A stretch of DNA of 64,000 bases from a virus: the IMG/VR virus record IMGVR_UViG_3300018080_005419; one strand, given 5' to 3'. The notes under the pieces are model-generated. The model searched no databases and was not told the origin of the DNA. It worked only from the letters and a program-made list of their open reading frames with translations. Positions 16,867-25,727 of this stretch are shown here, piece by piece. Position 1 is the stretch's first letter. The number at the start of each line of letters is the position of its first letter. Both the position numbers and the translations under genes were made by a program.

Positions 16867-17526
16867 CTCTTGTTTATCACTAATATCGGGCGCTTCAACA
16901 ACCCAAAATGTGACATCAAGATCGTTATTCCAAGCTAAATTACTACGTCTATTTCCCGAGAATCCATAATAGGTTTTCGGGAATTTTATTAAGATAGGTG
17001 CTTCTAACTCTATTTTTATTTTTTCATTTAATCTATCTCTAAGTTGTGTATATCCTTCTCTATATGTTGGATCTTGTATTTCTTCCTGGAAATCTTTAGG
17101 ATCCTTTGTAATGTTCATAGCAGGATTGACACCAAATTTACTTATTTTTTGGAGCTTACCGTTACTTAAGAAATCAATTAATTCTTTATCTGTTTTAAAA
17201 GAATAACCCATTTTAGCAAAGAAACGCCTAGTAGGATCGTTTTCAAAATACTCACCTGCCTCATCCGCAAAATCAGGCTTTATCCACTTGATTTCTTTTT
17301 GTGGAGGATTGAGTTGATTTGAGACTTCTTTTGTTGAAACTCCATATTCTTTAGCGGCTTGTGCTATTGCTACTCCATACGGTTTACCTTTTTTTTTAAC
17401 TAAAAATCTAACTCTATCTGCTGCCTTTTCTATTTCTCTTGAGGCAGCAACAATAATACGCTTACCTGTCAAATCAGATAAGTATTGGATAGCTTCTGAT
17501 GTACTAGAAAATTTAATTTGCTGCAT
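16855..17526 (-). CDS. Leader-module protein with HTH-like segment and ParB/Srx-like C-terminal domain
   Basis: Likely start MQQIKFSSTSEAIQYLSDLTGKRIIVAA at 17526; APILIK...FSGNRRS; ends QESLF. Confidence 0.8.
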   Translation of the reverse strand: MQQIKFSSTSEAIQYLSDLTGKRIIVAASREIEKAADRVRFLVKKKGKPYGVAIAQAAKEYGVSTKEVSNQLNPPQKEIKWIKPDFADEAGEYFENDPTRRFFAKMGYSFKTDKELIDFLSNGKLQKISKFGVNPAMNITKDPKDFQEEIQDPTYREGYTQLRDRLNEKIKIELEAPILIKFPKTYYGFSGNRRSNLAWNNDLDVTFWVVEAPDISDKQESLF

Positions 17527-17628
17527 TTTGTATCTTTCTAAATAAACTGTATCTAATATTAAGAAAAGATATCCAGTTTTTATGAATAGTTTTTCCATTA
17601 GTAGAGAACAGATAAAGGAGGAAAGAAA

Positions 17629-18564
17629 ATGAATATATTGCAAGCTATTATTGATTTTTTCTGGATGTTTAGGAAAAAGCCAAAAGAGAGTAAACCCGAA
17701 AATAATGAAGGAGAAAATAATATGTCAGAAGAAACGAATACGGCCCCAGCTATTGTTCCGAAAAGAGAAAAAAGAGCATTGTTAGTTGGTATTAATAAAT
17801 ATAGAATTCCTGCTGCTAATTTAAATGGCTGTGTTAATGATGTAGAAGATATTTATCATCTTCTCACAACTACCTATGATTTTAAGCCAGATAATATAAG
17901 AGTAATTGTTGATGAAAGAGCCACTAAAGCAGAAATTGAAAAAAGATATAAATGGATTCTTTCTTCAACAAAAGAAAATGATGAAGCGCTTATATATCAT
18001 AGCGGACATGGAAGTCAATGGAGGGATCGTTCTGGAGATGAGCTTTCTGATAAATTAGATGAAATTTTAATAACTCATGATCATACCTGGAGAGATCCTT
18101 TAACTGATGATGTTATCGGAGAATATTTTAAGCAGTTAGTTAAAGGTGCATATCTCACAATGATAGTTGATGCCTGTCACTCTGGAACAATCACTAGATC
18201 TTTTATTGGAAACCCTGAACCATATGCTATTCGTTATTTGCAGCCTCCATTTGATATTGCAGCAAGAAGTATTGGAAGAGATATGCCTTTAAGATTTGTT
18301 GGGGCTAAAACTGGGGATGAAGAAAATCAAAGACATATTCTTTTATCTGGTTGTAAAGAAAGCGAAACAAGCAAAGAATTAAGATTAGGAACAAAAATTA
18401 GAGGAGCGTTAACCTATAATTTAACGAAACTATTAAGAGAAAATCCGAATATGACATGGAAAGAAGTACAACAAAAAATTATACCATTAGTAAAAAGACT
18501 AGATCAAGAGCCACAATTGAGAGGTATGACGGAACTTAAACAACGTAAAGTTTTTGGAGGATAA
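17629..18564 (+). CDS. Caspase-family (C14, metacaspase-like) protease
   Basis: KRALLVGINKY, LNGCVND, YHSGHG (His), VDACHSG (Cys), GALT; AAGGAGG RBS. Confidence 0.92.
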   Translation: MNILQAIIDFFWMFRKKPKESKPENNEGENNMSEETNTAPAIVPKREKRALLVGINKYRIPAANLNGCVNDVEDIYHLLTTTYDFKPDNIRVIVDERATKAEIEKRYKWILSSTKENDEALIYHSGHGSQWRDRSGDELSDKLDEILITHDHTWRDPLTDDVIGEYFKQLVKGAYLTMIVDACHSGTITRSFIGNPEPYAIRYLQPPFDIAARSIGRDMPLRFVGAKTGDEENQRHILLSGCKESETSKELRLGTKIRGALTYNLTKLLRENPNMTWKEVQQKIIPLVKRLDQEPQLRGMTELKQRKVFGG

Positions 18565-18569
18565 TCAAA

Positions 18570-18764
18570 ATGGCAAGTCTCAGCAATAATAATCTCTACA
18601 AAAGAGAAGGTCTTTACGGTGCTCCTCTTCCTTCTGGTTTGACCAATATGCGCTATCCCGAAAATCCTCGGGTAGTTACACCAGAAACAGCCAAGAAGGG
18701 TATTAAAGATTGGAATTCTCTATATCCTGCAGAAAATAGATCATTATTACCTTCAAGTATCTAA
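18570..18764 (+). CDS. Hypothetical protein
   Basis: GGAGG RBS; Pro-rich. Confidence 0.65.
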   Translation: MASLSNNNLYKREGLYGAPLPSGLTNMRYPENPRVVTPETAKKGIKDWNSLYPAENRSLLPSSI

Positions 18765-18787
18765 AAATAAAGGTATAATAATCTTAG

Positions 18788-18865
18788 ACGACTGAAATGT
18801 AGGCGAGACAAATGCAACCGAATTAAGAGTATAGTATTGGAGCGGTTATTCTATATTTCAGTTGT
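18788..18865 (+). ncRNA. Candidate structured small RNA
   Basis: 15-bp stem ACGACTGAAATGTAG/CTATATTTCAGTTGT with G-U pairs, inner AACCG/CGGTT stem; TATAAT at 18774-18779 just upstream. Confidence 0.4.
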
Positions 18866-18946
18866 TAAAATAAAATATTAATGTAGCGGAAAACAATGTA
18901 AGGTATCGTAATTGAAGAGAGTCGAAATCTACCGTATAGGAAACGC

Positions 18947-18980
18947 TTTGGCCCTACTTAAATAACTAAGTAGGGCCAAA
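18947..18980. terminator. Strong hairpin / probable terminator
   Basis: TTTGGCCCTACTTA/TAAGTAGGGCCAAA perfect 14-bp stem. Confidence 0.65.
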
Positions 18981-18997
18981 ATGTTAAGGAGAAAGAA

Positions 18998-19633
18998 ATG
19001 AAAAAAATAATCATTATATTAACAATGTTTTTAGTTGGCTGCTTTCCTATAAAGAAAGAAAAACAAAATCAATGCTCGGCTATATTCCAAGTTTGTCATG
19101 ATCATTCAAAAGGAGTAAGTTGCGGATCTGCCTTTCTTGTTAAATATCGAAATAAAATGTTTGTTTTAACGGCTGCTCATGTTGTATATGATGGAAATAT
19201 GATATGGCTCTTAAAATATAACAATGAAGTATCACCAATCAAAATAATCAGTGTAATCAATCCAAATTTTGAAGATATAGCCATTTTGCTTGTAGATGGT
19301 ATTCCTAAGAATCATCCATATTTTGAATTGGCTTCTGCTAAAGGATTATCTATTGAAAAAGTAGAATCATATGGTTACAATAAATACTTATTTAAAAGCA
19401 AAGGGAATTTATTAGACATGCAATTTGCCACATCAGCCAAAGGACAGGCAAAAACATATTTACTAAGTGATTGTCAAATGATAGGTGGAATGTCAGGAGG
19501 TCCGTTGTTGTATGAAGGAAAGGTAATAGGAGTGAATATAGCTAAAATGGTTGATATTGAAGGATTAAGAGGCGTTCACGTAGATGTCGATAATTTTATA
19601 GACGAGTTAGATGCAATGATAGATCAATTTTAA
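18998..19633 (+). CDS. Trypsin-like serine protease, lipoprotein
   Basis: Signal peptide with LVGC lipobox; TAAHV, EDIA, GMSGGP catalytic triad motifs. Confidence 0.88.
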   Translation: MKKIIIILTMFLVGCFPIKKEKQNQCSAIFQVCHDHSKGVSCGSAFLVKYRNKMFVLTAAHVVYDGNMIWLLKYNNEVSPIKIISVINPNFEDIAILLVDGIPKNHPYFELASAKGLSIEKVESYGYNKYLFKSKGNLLDMQFATSAKGQAKTYLLSDCQMIGGMSGGPLLYEGKVIGVNIAKMVDIEGLRGVHVDVDNFIDELDAMIDQF

Positions 19634-19872
19634 ATATCTGTAGCGTTTCTATGATTTGCATGCCATCTACTTTGTTTAATGACTTGTTCTTGAGTTAATT
19701 CTTGAGTTCCTACCATTGTTACTTTCCAGGTTTTTGTCCATTCTCCTGTATCTCTATTTTTCAGTTCTAATATTTTTCCTTTAACAGCATATTTTTCAGG
19801 TAGCCATGTAGTATTAATGAGTACTGATCCATTATCTTTTCTCATTTCTAGTACGCATTGTTTGTAGTTCAT
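19630..19872 (-). CDS. Hypothetical protein
   Basis: ORF downstream of the SLOG gene. Confidence 0.65.
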   Translation of the reverse strand: MNYKQCVLEMRKDNGSVLINTTWLPEKYAVKGKILELKNRDTGEWTKTWKVTMVGTQELTQEQVIKQSRWHANHRNATDI

Positions 19873-20383
19873 GACATCTCTTTTCGTACACTTTTCTTAA
19901 AATTCCTCTAAAACTATATTCTTTATCTATAAAATTAAAAACTGGAATTTTATAACAATAAGCAATCCTTAAGGCTTGTAATGTACCACCCTTGTTTTTG
20001 TTCGTATAACAGACAACAAAATCTGCAGGCTCATCTAAATTTGGACCTAATACTTGCTGAGAATTTCTTGCATGTAGTCTTTTAGCACCTTGTTTTAAGT
20101 GTTGCCAACCAGGATGATATTGTTCAGCTATTTCAAACGCTTTCTCTGGGGGTTCGAAATAATTAGACTTATTCCCGTTGAATTTTTTCCAAGGTAGAAA
20201 GATTTGCTTTTCTCCTTCTACTCTATCGCATCCTACTTCAAAAGCAGTATCGGCTCCATCTGCTCCACCACTTCTTAAACAATAACCTAATTTGGCTAAT
20301 TGTTCTGCTAAATTCTGAAATTGTTTGATGATTGCTTCAGGGGTTTCTCTAGATCCAATTCCTGCGTAGTATTTTTTAGCCAT
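19832..20383 (-). CDS. SLOG/DprA-like nucleotide-binding protein
   Basis: YAGIGSRETP, LRSGGADGADTAFE, GGTLQALRIA. Confidence 0.85.
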   Translation of the reverse strand: MAKKYYAGIGSRETPEAIIKQFQNLAEQLAKLGYCLRSGGADGADTAFEVGCDRVEGEKQIFLPWKKFNGNKSNYFEPPEKAFEIAEQYHPGWQHLKQGAKRLHARNSQQVLGPNLDEPADFVVCYTNKNKGGTLQALRIAYCYKIPVFNFIDKEYSFRGILRKVYEKRCHELQTMRTRNEKR

Positions 20384-20401
20384 AATGTTATATTATAGCT
20401 A

Positions 20402-20737
20402 TTATTCGTGCTCAATTCCAGCTTCTTCTTCCATTTTCTTTAATCTGTCATAATAATCTTTAATTTCCCAGAGATGATCTAATGAAATTTCCTTAGCAAT
20501 ATTGCTATCGTTTGTGTGTTCCATTTCAACCTTAATGCCCATAGTTAATTGTTTTTCAATCTCTTCAACGGAGACACCATGCTTATCTGCAATGTCTTGA
20601 ACTGTCTTACTTTCTGCAAAACCTCCTGGCAATAAGTCAGATGGTTCGTCAGCGGCAATCTTAATAGTCTTGCCTGTTAGATCTGCAAGAAATTGAATTG
20701 CTTCATCAAAACTTCTGAATGTTTTATGATTTGTCAC
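20402..20737 (-). CDS. Leader-module protein with DUF5661-like domain
   Basis: KTFRSFDEAIQFLADLTGKTIKIAA; QLTMGIKVEMEHT...EISLDHLWEIKDYYDRL. Confidence 0.8.
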   Translation of the reverse strand: MTNHKTFRSFDEAIQFLADLTGKTIKIAADEPSDLLPGGFAESKTVQDIADKHGVSVEEIEKQLTMGIKVEMEHTNDSNIAKEISLDHLWEIKDYYDRLKKMEEEAGIEHE

Positions 20738-20847
20738 AATATATCTCCTTTTTAGATTTATGCTAACTTTGCTACATATTTAAGAAAATCTATTCAAAAA
20801 TTATAAATTTTCTTAGATATAATAGTTAATATAGAAAGAAAGATAAA

Positions 20848-21087
20848 ATGAAACCTCCAACATTTATTTTAGCAGGCACATATCATCAAGCTCAATATTG
20901 GATTAAAAATTTAGGTAAAGACTATAGAAAATTTAAAATTATCACCGATACAAGTAGAGTTAGAGGATACAGAGATTATACAATTATAAGAGTTGGGACT
21001 TGGTACGAAAGAAAAGATCTTAGAGAAATAGCAGAAGTAGCTAGAGTTTCAGGAGCAATTATTTTAAATGGAAGGGAAGAAATATGA
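20848..21087 (+). CDS. Hypothetical protein
   Basis: ORF; ILAGTYHQA N-terminus. Confidence 0.7.
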   Translation: MKPPTFILAGTYHQAQYWIKNLGKDYRKFKIITDTSRVRGYRDYTIIRVGTWYERKDLREIAEVARVSGAIILNGREEI

Positions 21088-21521
21088 AGCCAGTAGTATG
21101 TGTTGATTTGGATGGAACCTTGGCCAAATTTGATGAATGGCAAGGAGTAGATCATTTTGGTGATCCTTTTCCTGGAGCCGTAGAATTCACAAAAAAATTA
21201 TCTGATTTTTTTGATGTTTGTATTTATACCTGTCGCTGCAATGAAAAAATAAACCCTCCTGAAAAATCTAATCTTCTCAAAAATAGAGTTAGAGATTGGT
21301 TAGATGAACACGGATTTGTATATAGTCATATTTATGCAGAACAAGGAAAACCTATTGCTCATGCCTATATTGATGACAAGGGAATTTCATGCCAGCCAGA
21401 TTTGAATGGAGAAGAAGCATACAATATGGTTTTGCGAATTCTGGGTGTTCTTGGCAGTCCGCAAGTAGAAGAGGTAGCTACCGCGATTGAAGTTAGCGAA
21501 GAAATGGACAAAGAAGAATAG
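21084..21521 (+). CDS. HAD-superfamily phosphatase
   Basis: VCVDLDGTLA, IYTCR, KPIAHAYIDDKG. Confidence 0.85.
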   Translation: MKPVVCVDLDGTLAKFDEWQGVDHFGDPFPGAVEFTKKLSDFFDVCIYTCRCNEKINPPEKSNLLKNRVRDWLDEHGFVYSHIYAEQGKPIAHAYIDDKGISCQPDLNGEEAYNMVLRILGVLGSPQVEEVATAIEVSEEMDKEE

Positions 21522-21548
21522 AATAAAATATATTAGTTTGAAAGATAG

Positions 21549-21583
21549 ATCGAGAGCTTTGACTTAAAAAGTTCTCGATTTTT
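21549..21583 (+). terminator. Intrinsic terminator
   Basis: ATCGAGAGCTTT/AAAGTTCTCGAT stem followed by a T-run. Confidence 0.75.
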
Positions 21584-21654
21584 ATTTTGCTAAGGAGATT
21601 TTGAGGTTATAATATACCAACGCCTTTCTAAAAGGACATAAAGGAGAATAAGAA

Positions 21655-22146
21655 ATGAGTACACATGACGTTCCTGGGGCAAAGAAAGTAAACAACGATG
21701 TATTAGCGATGGGGTGCTGGGCTGAGCATGCAGATGGTAGCATGATCTTTGTAGAATCAACAGAAGGTGGTAGAGTTATCTATTCTGTTTTTGATATCAG
21801 CAAAAATCCTCCCGTCGAATTTAGAGACTCAATGCCAGAAAAAGGGTTTAAGGATCATTTTTCCTGGAATCCTAAAGACCCAAATTCTGAAAAGTGGCTC
21901 TGGAAAGATAAAACTCCATTTCCTTGGGATCGAATTATTAAAGAGGGCGTTCCTGATGGTGTAAGACATGCCTGCGCTCATGATCTTATAACATCTGCCG
22001 AAAGAGTTGCACAAAAAAGAGAGCTTATCGGTAAAAAAGTCGATCCTGAAGATATTAAAACCCGCCTCCCTTCTAAGATCATAGGAAAAGTTGGAAGAGC
22101 AGTTATTGCCGGTATTCAAGGCGCAATAGGCGAATTAAAAGCTTAA
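21655..22146 (+). CDS. Hypothetical protein
   Basis: AAGGAG RBS; Trp-rich. Confidence 0.8.
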   Translation: MSTHDVPGAKKVNNDVLAMGCWAEHADGSMIFVESTEGGRVIYSVFDISKNPPVEFRDSMPEKGFKDHFSWNPKDPNSEKWLWKDKTPFPWDRIIKEGVPDGVRHACAHDLITSAERVAQKRELIGKKVDPEDIKTRLPSKIIGKVGRAVIAGIQGAIGELKA

Positions 22147-22167
22147 ATCTTTTTGGAGTATAAAAAC

Positions 22168-22476
22168 ATGCCTGATATTGATTGGGATGATGGGCAAATC
22201 CGTACTGATATGAATTGTACAGAGTGCGGTAAAAACTTTATTGCCGAATTAGATCACAGTATAGATGGAAATCATATTGTTGAATGTCCTTATTGTGGTC
22301 ATGAACATTGCAGAGTTATTAAAAATGGCAAAATAACAGATGATAGATGGGATACAAAATCACAAAGAGTAGATGTAGATAAAAGAAGAGTATGGAAACA
22401 CAATGTATTACCTATGAAAACGTCAACTGCTTGTGCATTTATTCGAGAAAAATGGTTGAATTTTGGACTAAGATAA
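22168..22476 (+). CDS. Zinc-ribbon protein
   Basis: GGAG RBS, ATG 22168; CTEC...CPYCGHEHC. Confidence 0.75.
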   Translation: MPDIDWDDGQIRTDMNCTECGKNFIAELDHSIDGNHIVECPYCGHEHCRVIKNGKITDDRWDTKSQRVDVDKRRVWKHNVLPMKTSTACAFIREKWLNFGLR

Positions 22477-22477
22477 T

Positions 22478-23449
22478 ATGCTGACTAACGATCATATGCC
22501 AAATCAATTAGTTAAAGTAGAACTAAACGATAAGGTAGAATCAAAATATATTAAACATATTGGCGAAAGTATACGTCAGCAAATAATGGAAGAAATCACC
22601 CAAGAATTATTTAAAGATATACTGTTTGAAACTCCGGAAGATGCAGCAAACATAATAAAACGAAACACTTCTTTTGATAAGATAGAATGCAGACAAGAAC
22701 CATGGGGGGTTACATCATTTACGCTACATGGAAAGGCTAAGCCGATGCCAACAACTAAGAATAGTAGTTATGCTCAAGCTAGAGTTAATACTTTGTCTCA
22801 ATACAATCTTAAAGGTTTAGTACAGGCTGGTGTTGATATGGCTTATGACAGCACAAGCTCAAGTTCGTTAACCTCATATAATCCAAATTATCATAATAGC
22901 ACAGCATCAACACAACCTATTAATTTTAAGTGTTCTTCCGCTATAGATACTAGTCTCTTTGTTCAGGCACTTAGTAAAATAAAAATAGAAGATGGGCAAG
23001 AAATAGAAATAGAATTACCTGATAATAGCGTTTTAAAGGTTGCAACAAACGGCAGTTATCAAGTCATAGATGATAATGCTCAAGTACAATACAAAGCTAA
23101 TAGAATTAGAGGGTTTAACAGGTATATCAATTCAAGCGACCTATTGCAGGATTTCATACGATTTTTAGGAGAGTTAGGAGTTAGACAGTCTCAGGTATTA
23201 GAGATTCCTATTGAACTATTTATTAATTGGTTGGTATGTAAAGCAGCAGAACAGGATGGGGAAGAAGCACCTGACGATATTACTGCGCCCGAAAATCATC
23301 CAAAATTATTAGAAGCAAAAGAAAATCATTATCATAAGTGTTTGTGTTGCGGAAGATTTATTAACAACTCATTTGCAGAAAAAGGATTTAATTTTTGTAA
23401 TGGTAATTGTGCTTCTAATTTTGCAGAGAACAAGCTAGCTGTTGCATAA
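22478..23449 (+). CDS. Hypothetical protein with C-terminal CxxC...C/C motif
   Basis: Long ORF; CLCC...FCNGNC. Confidence 0.75.
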   Translation: MLTNDHMPNQLVKVELNDKVESKYIKHIGESIRQQIMEEITQELFKDILFETPEDAANIIKRNTSFDKIECRQEPWGVTSFTLHGKAKPMPTTKNSSYAQARVNTLSQYNLKGLVQAGVDMAYDSTSSSSLTSYNPNYHNSTASTQPINFKCSSAIDTSLFVQALSKIKIEDGQEIEIELPDNSVLKVATNGSYQVIDDNAQVQYKANRIRGFNRYINSSDLLQDFIRFLGELGVRQSQVLEIPIELFINWLVCKAAEQDGEEAPDDITAPENHPKLLEAKENHYHKCLCCGRFINNSFAEKGFNFCNGNCASNFAENKLAVA

Positions 23450-23452
23450 AGA

Positions 23453-23485
23453 AAGCCCTAAAAGAAGATTAATCCTTTAGGGCTT
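23453..23485. terminator. Terminator hairpin between convergent genes
   Basis: AAGCCCTAAA/TTTAGGGCTT 10-bp stem. Confidence 0.7.
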
Positions 23486-23506
23486 ATATATTGCATTTCT
23501 TAAGTT

Positions 23507-23944
23507 CTATTCGTCTATTAGAATTTTCTTACCTGTAAAATCAGCAAGATATTGAATAGCTTCTTCTTCAGAGGAGAACTTTAATTCGCCTTCCTTAACT
23601 TGAGTTTCGATTTCTCCAGCTAATATATATTGTTCAAATACATCTGCCATAACTTCTGCTGTTGCTTCCATTTCTTCTTCGGTAAGATCAATTTCTTTTT
23701 CAGCAAGGATTTTAACCAATTCTTTTGCAAGCTTAATGGCAACCATTTTAAAATCAGTCATTGCTACTTCACTGCCCTTCCATTTTTTAACTTGTTCCTT
23801 TACAAGATCGCCAATAGCATCCATGACAGGTTTTCTTTTATCACCCAATTTTAAGTCTGCATTTGTAGCAGCAATTTTAATCAATTTAGCAATACGGAGA
23901 CTATTAATTTGGTGATCCGATGCAATTTTAATTCTGAGGGACAT
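23507..23944 (-). CDS. Protein with N-terminal KIA/RIA repeats and C-terminal leader module
   Basis: MSLRIKIASDHQINSLRIAKLIKIAA...ELKFSSEEEAIQYLADFTGKKILIDE; AAGGAG RBS. Confidence 0.8.
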   Translation of the reverse strand: MSLRIKIASDHQINSLRIAKLIKIAATNADLKLGDKRKPVMDAIGDLVKEQVKKWKGSEVAMTDFKMVAIKLAKELVKILAEKEIDLTEEEMEATAEVMADVFEQYILAGEIETQVKEGELKFSSEEEAIQYLADFTGKKILIDE

Positions 23945-24005
23945 TGTTTGCTCTCCTTTTAAGAAAATTCATTCAAAAGGGAGAGGAATATAAAAGAATA
24001 TGAAA

Positions 24006-24293
24006 TTATTCTTCTACAATTTTAATGCCGTTTTCTTCACAGGCTTTAAACAATTTGTCTTCAATCACCTTTAAGAGAATTTTTTCTGTTTTTTTACGTC
24101 GAATATATGTTTTAATTTTACAATATATCGTCAAAATGAGAGAGAGAGGACCAAAAAATGTAGCAATACCATAAACTAAAAGACTACTAATCCTCTTTAT
24201 ACCTTCCTTTTTGAGTACTTTATTATAAAACCTTTGATTCCAGATAATACAGATAAGTGTGCAAGTTAGATAAAGATAAATTGCTAGTGACAT
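24006..24293 (-). CDS. Small membrane protein
   Basis: Two hydrophobic segments; similar architecture to the next gene (..GPLS../..GPILS..). Confidence 0.65.
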   Translation of the reverse strand: MSLAIYLYLTCTLICIIWNQRFYNKVLKKEGIKRISSLLVYGIATFFGPLSLILTIYCKIKTYIRRKKTEKILLKVIEDKLFKACEENGIKIVEE

Positions 24294-24377
24294 ATTGTTT
24301 CTCCTTTATATTTAAGACAACTATATAGACAAATCTAAGTACAAAAATTTTAAACAATTTTATAAAATCACAAAAAT

Positions 24378-24677
24378 TTAATTCTCAATTGCTGTAATCT
24401 TATATTGTTTAAGAAGTTGTGGTAATTCTTTTTGAATTGCAGCCTTAAGTTCTCTTTTATAAAAATATATCTTAATTTTTCTGCAAATATACCTATAAAT
24501 TGTATAAAAAGAAAGAATTGGACCAGATAGAATAAAGAGATAAAATATAGGAATTCGCTCAATATTCTCAAACAATTTTGATTCTAAGTATTTGTAGCTT
24601 AAGATATTATATACAACACAGGTCAAATAGGCAATCATGATGAAATACATTGCTTCTCCTTCTACATATATAGACAA
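24378..24677 (-). CDS. Small membrane protein, probable paralog of 24006-24293
   Basis: Two hydrophobic segments followed by a basic tail. Confidence 0.65.
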   Translation of the reverse strand: MSIYVEGEAMYFIMIAYLTCVVYNILSYKYLESKLFENIERIPIFYLFILSGPILSFYTIYRYICRKIKIYFYKRELKAAIQKELPQLLKQYKITAIEN

Positions 24678-24788
24678 ACCAAAACCTAAAAATTTCAGAA
24701 AAATCTAAGAGAATTATAAAAATTGGCAGAAATTGTAGTAGCTATTTGATCTGTCTGGCTATAATATTGTTATTTGGAGAGATTCGAA

Positions 24789-25259
24789 ATGGCCGACATT
24801 GTTAGAGCACCAGAACCATATAACCTAAACAGCAAACCAACTGTCTTTTTAGCAGGCACAATCGACATGGGAAAAGGAGAAAATTGGCAACCTAAAGCGG
24901 AAGAATGGCTCAGCGACCTAGACATTCTGATTCTGAATCCGCGTAGATTAGATTGGGATAGCTCGTGGAAGCAAAGTATTGACGATCCAAAATTCAGAGA
25001 ACAAGTAGAATGGGAACTAACAGCACAAGAAGAAGCAAGTGTCATCTTCATGTACTTTGCTCCAGGTTCTCAATCTCCAATAACTCTTCTTGAATATGGA
25101 TTGTTTGCAAAGACGGGTAAAGTAATTCTATGTTGTCCTGATGGGTATTTTAGGAAGGGTAATTTAGAAGTAACCGCTAATTTCTACGGTCTACCTCTTT
25201 ACGAAGATCTCATTGAAGGGTTAGATGCTGTTAGAAATACAATTGAAGGAAGAGCATAA
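24789..25259 (+). CDS. Nucleoside 2-deoxyribosyltransferase-like protein
   Basis: VFLAGTIDMG...WQ...ILNPRR...QVEWEL...SPITLLEYGL. Confidence 0.9.
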   Translation: MADIVRAPEPYNLNSKPTVFLAGTIDMGKGENWQPKAEEWLSDLDILILNPRRLDWDSSWKQSIDDPKFREQVEWELTAQEEASVIFMYFAPGSQSPITLLEYGLFAKTGKVILCCPDGYFRKGNLEVTANFYGLPLYEDLIEGLDAVRNTIEGRA

Positions 25260-25727
25260 ATGAATTGGGAAGAATACTTTTTCTCGATGGCAGAATTAGC
25301 AGCAACTAAATCTAAAGATAGATCTACAAAAGTTGGATGTGTCATTGTTGGTCCAGATAATGAAGTTAGATCTATCGGCTTTAATGGGTTTCCTCGTGGC
25401 ATTAATGACGATATAGACGAGAGACATGAACGCCCGATGAAGTACTCTCTCACAGAACATGCCGAACGCAATGCAGTATATAATAGTTGCAGAATGGGTG
25501 TTCCTTTGAAGGGTTGTAGATTATATGCAAATTGGCTATTGTGTGTTGAATGTGCTAGGGCAATTATTCAAGTCGGAATTGTTGAGATTATATATGACGC
25601 CAGAGATGAAGAAGCTAAAAGAAAAAAATGGGATGTGAGATGGAAAGAGAACTTCGAACTGGCGCAATCAATGTTGGAAGAGGCAGGAGTTAAAATCACA
25701 TTTTACAGAGGAGAAGAAAGAAAATGA
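25260..25727 (+). CDS. dCMP deaminase-family protein
   Basis: SKDRSTKVGCVIV, GFNGFPRG, HAERNA, LCVECARAIIQ. Confidence 0.93.
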   Translation: MNWEEYFFSMAELAATKSKDRSTKVGCVIVGPDNEVRSIGFNGFPRGINDDIDERHERPMKYSLTEHAERNAVYNSCRMGVPLKGCRLYANWLLCVECARAIIQVGIVEIIYDARDEEAKRKKWDVRWKENFELAQSMLEEAGVKITFYRGEERK

